Positions 56,501 to 64,000 of a stretch of 64,000 nucleotides of DNA are shown one piece after another; within the stretch, counting starts at the first letter, position 1, and each line of letters opens with the position of its first letter. A program made the position numbers and the translations under genes. Under the pieces are notes generated by a model that did no database searches, had not been told where the DNA came from, and saw only the letters and a list, made by a program, of their open reading frames with translations. Source of the DNA: Catajapyx aquilonaris (Eukaryota); the NCBI GenBank assembly GCA_000934665.2, contig JYFJ02000746.1, positions 1 to 64,000 on the forward strand, in the 5' to 3' direction.

Positions 56501-59493
56501 AAACCCGTGTTTTAATGGTCATCAATCGCATGAGTGAGCATATATAGCTTCCTTCGCCTCTTTTTTTCCTTTGTAAAATTTATAGTCTCGTAAAATATTG
56601 CTCTCCCATAACGATGCATTGTTCCTGAGAAATTTTCACGCGAACCGAAAAATATTGAAATGGAAAACAAGCAGTTAGGGCATCCCCAGCACGTGCACTA
56701 CATTGTACAAGTGGGCCAATGCTCCTCATTTTTTAAGAAAAAATTCATCACACATTAGAGATTAATATCTTTCGGAATTTTTTTTTCCTCGGTTTCACTT
56801 TTTATCATGAGAGACGAACAGCGAGGTTCAATGCCTGCTGTTTTGGGCTAAACTTGAACTGTTTATGCGTCTAGTTTTGCTATCAGATTAGGCGGACGTA
56901 GCTCATCATTTTTTTTTGGCACCAATTAGTAAGCAATGGACATCCGTTGAGTATGATATTTGACCTGCTGCAATTGGCTATTTCAGCTCGTAGCAATAGT
57001 GAACCATTCAATAAGTAAGTCTTACCTTAACATAGCTAAACTGATTTTTGAAGAAGAAAAAAAATGCACTGTATTTTCCTGCAGCAACATGTCACACTCC
57101 ACATGCACTCATGAGGATTCCCTACTGACACACACACACACAAATCACTGTCCTACAGGTCTCACCTCCAGTCCATGCTGTTCCTTCGGCCGATCTTGTA
57201 TGGACTGCCGAACGCAGAAAAATTGTCGGTGTGTTGCCTGTGGCCGAGCAGCGTCATGATCATCATCCTCCCACACCTTCTTCTTCTTCTTCTTCTTCTT
57301 CTTCCTCTCCTTTGCCCTCCTTCCCAGCCAATCCGAGACCCACGTGGGCGGAGGTGCCTTCTGGGCACAATGGGAAACAGCCAGGGGAAGTTAGCTGCCA
57401 ACAGCCAACTTCCTCAGCGTCCTTTTTATTATTATTTCTATTATACTCACGGGGTTGACTTCCAACCCGTCCTTATTATATTGTTGTCTAGTATTGTTTA
57501 GGTCCAGAAGCGCATTTTGGCATCTCATGGAAGACGAAAGTGACCCTAATATATGGCCGAGTGACTCCAATGCCCGAATCAGCAGCTTCCACAGCTAGCC
57601 AAACAAAAGTAGGGGAAGATGTAATTAACCTGCCGTTAATAATTAGCATATCTTATAAGGTGATTGAGCCTTGGTTTTATTTATGCATGGGCCCTCTCAA
57701 GGTTTGGTTCTATTTTGGAAGGGCGGGTTTATTCTCCTTGCGTCATGCAGGTATGACTTTCGCAAAAAAAAAAGGAGGGAGGGGGGGTTGTTCCTCCTCT
57801 CTCCCTTTCCCTCTCACTCATTTAGGATCTCTGAAGCTACTTTAGACATATGCATGGTGTTCGACCTACACTCTGTTGCTGGTAATTCTTTATCCCTTCA
57901 GCGGGTTTGTGGGGTCGACAGGCCTTGGCATTTGTTGCTGTCACATTCCAGCCACCTTTTTTCCTCATATTCACCTTAAGACACGAGTGGTTTTGCGTTA
58001 AAAAAAAAGAAGGAGGAAGATGTCACCTGTGGGGCAACTTCCAATGTTGGTTAAGTCTATAAGTAGCTCAAGACATAATTGGATACTATTAGCTGCCACA
58101 TGATGTAATTTTATGGATGAATCGACATGAATTGGGGATTCCTTTTTTGTGGAAAAAAATGGATTAATTGTCAGTACGTGTACGAATTATATCCTTGGTA
58201 TATTTAGCAAGGTGTAAAATATTTAATTTTCTTATGGGCTTAAGGTTCGTCACGCACAGCACAGCAGAAGGACTCATGCAAAACGTATGTTAAGGTTATC
58301 GTAGCATAACAACTTTATAGTGAACAGTGAATCGTGTGACACATTTTCAAAGCAGTAATTACCAATTTCATTGAAAACACCTGGTAAAACTGTTACATCT
58401 TAAGAGAGTTTCCGTTTCACTTTTCATATTGCATATAATCTTCCTGGGTTATTACCAGTCGTCATAACTTTCACTCGGAGGATGAGACATGACCGGGACA
58501 TTCCTCGTACAATCAAAGATCAAATATTTGGAGGAATAAACTTTCTCCATCAGATATGCCCTGTGATGTAGTGCAGAAAATTGACCCCTTGAGAATAATG
58601 GTTTTTTTCAGAATCAATTGTGTACTTTCATTTCCCAGCACTGGTAACTTACACGCTTTTTTTTTCTTCATTCTGGATGAGAGTATTTTTCCTCGCATGA
58701 TCGCCTTAGGAGATGAGAGATCTATGGTATTATTACTGAATTATTACGAGAAGAGGATGCGCGTTGGAAATGCCTTTCCCTTGTCCTCACGCGAGATTCT
58801 CCAAGCATGACTTGTTTATGTGTTGGCAGAAATGTAAGCGTCAAGGTGCAGGAGTGTGGCCAAAATGCACAGCCAATTGTCACACTAACCGCATCCTTTT
58901 CACCTTGATCTGCCAGTGACGCCCTTTGACCCTTACATCACATTTCCGTAAGTCTATATTGTAAATTTGCGTGTAGCCTTGACCCAAAGAGCAGGATCCT
59001 TGGAATGGCTTTTTTGCTGCCACCGAAGAAAAGAGAAGGTACCTGACGTAATCTCGTCCCCAATGCACACATATTCATCGCCAGATAAATATTGCTGATG
59101 TAAATATTGGCTCATCGGGGAGAAATGACCAGACGTTGATAGGCAGTCAATTACTTTTTTTTATTTGCCTTGGCTTGCATTTGAAGCTGCTTGCATCCGG
59201 AAACTTTCCCGAATTCACATGAATATGCTCAGGAAAAAAAGTGAGTGGTAGGCCAGGAGGTTTGGCCTGAAAGAAAATGAGGAGGGAGACCCCAAAAAAA
59301 TGTGTATAAGTAGGGAGGAAAAGTGACGAATCAACAATTACGGTTTTGCATATGCCTATCTCGAGGACTGGAAAAACCGGTTATTTTTTTTCTTGATGCA
59401 CCGTGCTTGATAGGCCGTTACTCAGCCAATTAATTGGTGAAGACAAGAGAACAAGAGGAAAAAAAGGAACACTTGGCTCCATCTTTTGGAAGA

Positions 59494-62400
59494 TCATCGC
59501 CTGGTTCTGTCTCTCATGTCCCTTTCTCTGAGGTCTCGATCTCTGAGGTCTCGCTCTCTGATGTCTCTGTCTCGCATGTCCCTGTCTCTCAGGTCTCTGT
59601 CTCTCGGAAGTTCCTTTTGAGGAGGAGGCTCTGTGACTCCTTGAGCACTTCTGTTGAAGAGGAATCGCTCCACCAAAGCGATCAGAATGGAGAGGATCAT
59701 GAAGATCAGGAGACATACCAACGGAACGGCTGCAAGGACACGGTTGTTTTAGAAAGAACAACATGAGGTGTGAAAATACTTGCCAAAATTGGAGACGCTG
59801 ACGTAAATCCAGTCGTCTGGGTCGTCTATAAGTCCTCTCCTGCACTTCTTAGGCTGCCACCATTTTTCCTCCAGTTGCTGCAAGACACCTTTTTCTTGAA
59901 GAGTCAGCAAAGCCCAGTTGATTGTCTCAAGGTAATCCGATTCTATATACGAAATAGACAGAAAACATTTATGCGACGATTTAATGGGACAATTGAAGGT
60001 AATCACCCTGACCTTTCGGAAGGGCAATGGCGTAATATCGGGTGTCGATAGTTCCTGCAATGTGTACTTCGCAGTTCTGGTATATCATGAACCTGGCTGT
60101 CATTTCTTCCATGACGAAAGCAAAGTCTCCTTCTGGGTCGTCACGAACACGCTGATAAGCTTTCTGGTGACTGTTCATGTATGGGCGTTCGCTATGACGA
60201 ATTCGCTCCATCAACCTCATATGTTTTGGATGTCTCGAGTGCTGCATAAATTCGCATGTAAATTTTGCAACTTTGTATAAGAAATCTGCCATATACCTTA
60301 AGAAGCGTGACTGAAGCTCCGTTCTTGAGAACACCAAAGTCAATTTCCGGGTTATCCAACAGGTCCTGTACAGTGTGAGGAAGAGGCTCCGGGTTCTGGT
60401 CCATGGCTACCGAGTGTTGCACCAATGCTGCATAGGTCACCAGGGTCACCAGGGCAAAGATCCACCATATTACACACACAAGCCGAGTAGACACAGCCTG
60501 AATGATAAAAAAGTGAGATATGAATATTCCAAAAGGTGGTCAGATCATTTTGATCTTACCCTCAGAGGAATATCAGCTCCACGAAGGACCAGAGTTGCTG
60601 CTGTGATCCAGAAGGCATTGCAGACAGTGATGCCTTGTCCCAAACAAGGAGATGTTGGAGGAGGCTCTTGGTACTGGTTAGCAGCACTAGGAGGTGAAAT
60701 GTCTAATACAGGCTGGTACGGAGACACCCTGGACACTAGAGCCAGCACCAGTGACACGAATATGTAAGCCACCAACAGAAGCACCCACAACCAGGCTGAG
60801 AAGATGCGGAATAAGACAAGAGGAGATCCGTCACTCTTCTTTTGCCGGATGGCATCTCCTTCTTTGAATAGAACTGTCAAGTCGCTCTCCATGAAAGGCA
60901 CGCTGAAGTCCAGCACCACTTCTCTCTGGGCAGTGATGGTCAGTGGGGCTACTGCCAAATCTGCATCCTGTCAAAATTGCATTTTAATAGTGAAGTTTGC
61001 CCTCGGCATACTTGTAATAAATGATTACTAATTACCCCACGGATTACTTCGCCGACCATGCCATTCCATTCGCCTGTTTTGTTGTCGTACACTCCGTACT
61101 TGTCATCCCTTCCTGGTCGGATTTTGAAGTCGTAGCCCGTTTCTTTAGACAGCTCTTCTAATAAGTCCTTTACGTATCCTTCATACTCATCAATGTCAAA
61201 GTCGTCCTCGTCATCATCGTCATCATCATCGTCATCGTCGTCGTCATCATCATGATTATCATCATCGTCGTCGTCGTCGTCATCGTCTTTGTCATCTGCT
61301 CTCTTTTTACGGTTACTCTTCTTGCTATTTTTGCTGGAACCTTTCTTCTTGTCATGTTCGTCTGAGTCGTCTGAGTCGTCGTCACTTTTGTCTTTGCTTT
61401 TACTGTCATCATCATCGTCGTCATCGTCGTCATCAGGGTCATCATTCCACATCTGACCCTTTTTCATGAAGAAAGGCTTTTCCTGAAAGGGAACCAGACC
61501 CATGAAACTCTTCCCAAATAACCACTATACCGGAATACGTACCAAGTAAGTGACAACAACGAGCTCATCCACAGGCATATCTTCCTCTTCCTCTTTCATG
61601 TCCACAAGTCCTGTTTTATTAAAATGAGGTCCTGTGACCCATCGACCCACTGGTACTAATCCATTATCGCTGTCATCTGCAAGACATCATTTGAATACAT
61701 CTATATCTTCCACACAAGCTAGTACCAACCAACCTTTGAAAAAGTCCACCTTGAAGATGTCCAGAGCCAGAGTGCTCCTGGTGCCATCCTCGTCGAAAGT
61801 AAGAGGCCCAGTGAGACCTTCCATCTCTATCTCATCTAGCATCTCATAGAAACGCTCTCCATGCTCCCATTTGTTCTCTTTGGTGCAGGACACCCTGGGA
61901 TAGGACAGATCTATGTCTGCATTAGGAGAATCCATCATGGACTTGACAATGACTTCCAGGGCGTCGATTAGGACTGCCACTTCGGTAGTCTCCTTCGCTT
62001 GGTAATTAACCTAACAAAAAAACATATGTTAGAATATAATGACAGTGGATTGCAGCGGACTGTCTTACCCTGTTGAGGTTTTGTTTCTGGTACTCTTGAA
62101 ACCGTGCTCTGTTGATGATGTCGAATCCGTATACGTCAGCCTCGACGCGTTTCAGTTTCTCCCAAGAAATTGTTTGCATATCCTGGAACAATACAAAAGT
62201 GACGGCTCATTTCTCGTTATGCCGTTGTCAAGTCGGAAACATACCAGAACGGTGAAGATGTACTCTCGTCTCTCATCCATCATGTTGGTGTCCATTGCCT
62301 GAAAGTATGCACAGTCGGCTTCAGTTCTACATGCCAATACGAATTTACATAGCAGACATAGCAGAAGTCATGTAAATGATGACATAATGGAACTAACCGC

Positions 62401-63092
62401 TTGTAGCAGCTCTTGCATTTCGTCATCACCGACGTCCACCACAAAATTCTGCACACCCTTTTTCCTGAATTCCACAAATATCTCCTGGTACTCCATTTCT
62501 GCTGGATGAACTAGAACCGCGCATCCTTTCTCCTGGAGTGCTTCCATCAGTACAGTCGGCTCATCAAAAAGACCTGGAATGTAGGACACCTTTGAATGAA
62601 TATTATTTTTAAACCTACACTAAGAACTGACCAGACTCCGGGTCGTAGATGAGGCCCGCTTCATCCCAATCCAAATGGTCTGCCAAGTCTGCTATGGCAT
62701 CAGCCACATCATCTGTCCCTGGATGAACACCCAGTGTTAATGCCCCCAGTTTCAGTCGCCCAGGGGCAGTGCTGACCAGGGGCAGATTCAGCTGCTCACT
62801 CAACGACTCAAGTTGCTCATCCAACTCCGGATCAGACGGACCCAACATGGCCAAGGTACCTTCATCCACTTCATCGCAAGCTGTAACCAAAACGACTAAT
62901 TAACACCGGACATTGTTGCTTATTTTGCTGTGTTATGACCTTGCTGGTGCAGATGGAAGAAATCATCGTCTCTGACTTCGTACACTTCGACCTGAAGTCT
63001 ACTGCCTTGTAGGTCACCCCTTCTGTTGACAGCTTCCACCGCACTCTTCAGTGCTTCTTCCTGTCCTTCCTCATCTTGTCTGAAGAATCCAG
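59494..63092 (-). CDS. Divergent ionotropic glutamate receptor subunit (non-NMDA-like, with ATD), 5'-partial
   Basis: ATD exons (62-63 kb); S1 EGYVKDLLEEL..KYG..GEWNGMVGEV..ADLAVAPLTITAQREVVLDFSVPFM; M1; M2 NAFW..RG; M3 WWIFALV; S2 FGVLKNGAS..FAFVMEE..YAIALPK; LQEKGVLQQLEEKWW; M4 and a stop at 59494-59496. The signal-peptide exon was not identified. Confidence 0.9.
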
Positions 63093-64000
63093 CTGTGAAA
63101 CAAGATAATCGCCATATAAGTATGACTCATTTGCGAAATGCTGGTTCTCTCTCAGCTTGACGCGATTCAGGGAGGAGCTGGAGTCAGGCCAGCTGGCCCT
63201 CTTGTACGTCCTGAGTTATTTCCAGATGCGCCTTTGAGTGCTTCACTTCGCATAATCTACATACTGCTCCTTTATCCCAATCTGTCATGAGATTGTACGT
63301 CCTTTGCTGACGAGGGGTGCTACTTTTCATACCCCAGTGCAAGAAGAAAAATCCCCAAAAAGTTACTTCTTACTAATGTGTAGGGCGACGACTATTTTTA
63401 GTGTACAGTACAGTACGTGGTATGCGCATCAACACGTACACTAGTAGTTTAAAGGGTGAATGGGTGTCACACATTTAACCTTCTATAGCATGTACTATCC
63501 GAGTGATGTTTTTTTTAAAAAAAGAGAGAGAAGCCGGTGCAGTAGTCGCAGCATATTGCGACATATTCTGACTTGCTGTGACCCAAATTAAATAATATGT
63601 GAAGTGTTGATTGACTGAAAGTGCGTCAAATGTGAATGTATTATGGCCCAGCACCTGTGACCTCTCCTGGTATAGCTAATTAATGAGAAACAAATGATGG
63701 TTCAACGCTCTTGAGACTGTTATGCAGACTCTACAGTTACACACTTCCAGAAATAAGCTATAAATAGGTCTGATGTTCTATATTTGTGCTGAACTAGTAG
63801 TGGTTAGAATAATGGTGTCATTGGGGAGGGCCAATGTTCAAATTATATTACGTTTATCTCAATTCATCTATTAAAAGAGGGTAGAAATAATAATTAGTAT
63901 CTATAGATAGAAATTATTTTGTTGACTCCTCTGCTTCCGTTCAAATATGCATATTACAACGACACGGATTCTTGAATCATGTCCATGTCATCAAGGTGCT

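Noticed and set aside
54000..59400. Short ORFs between the peroxidase and the iGluR (e.g. 55639-55968, 57175-57501)
   Set aside because: No recognisable homology or consistent exon chain, and partly driven by simple repeats; probably UTR, intron or intergenic sequence.

Overview
Gene-dense eukaryotic window, most likely from an arthropod or other invertebrate, judging by the ~55-150 nt GT-AG introns, a DBLOX-type double peroxidase and a three-UIM Rpn10. Gene order: SNRNP200/Brr2 (+, 5' end outside the window), PPP1R3-type glycogen-targeting PP1 subunit (-), intron-containing tRNA-Leu(CAA) (-), PSMD4/Rpn10 (+), a five-copy MORN5 array (-; four apparently intact copies and one truncated), COX15 (+), UBTD (-) head-to-head with MMS19 (+), a double-domain heme peroxidase (-) and a divergent ionotropic glutamate receptor (-, 5' end not found). 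The most unusual region is 22.9-35.8 kb. Nested tandem duplications of the segment [PSMD4 3' end - MORN5 - COX15 5' end] amplified MORN5, whose copies show many amino-acid-changing differences next to near-identical introns. One junction has an AGC microhomology and creates an open, spliceable 121-aa COX15::PSMD4 chimeric ORF. A 1.8-kb palindromic TAG..CTA DNA transposon with a 3-bp target-site duplication can be checked against an empty paralogous site in the same window. All counts and splice sites were read by eye.
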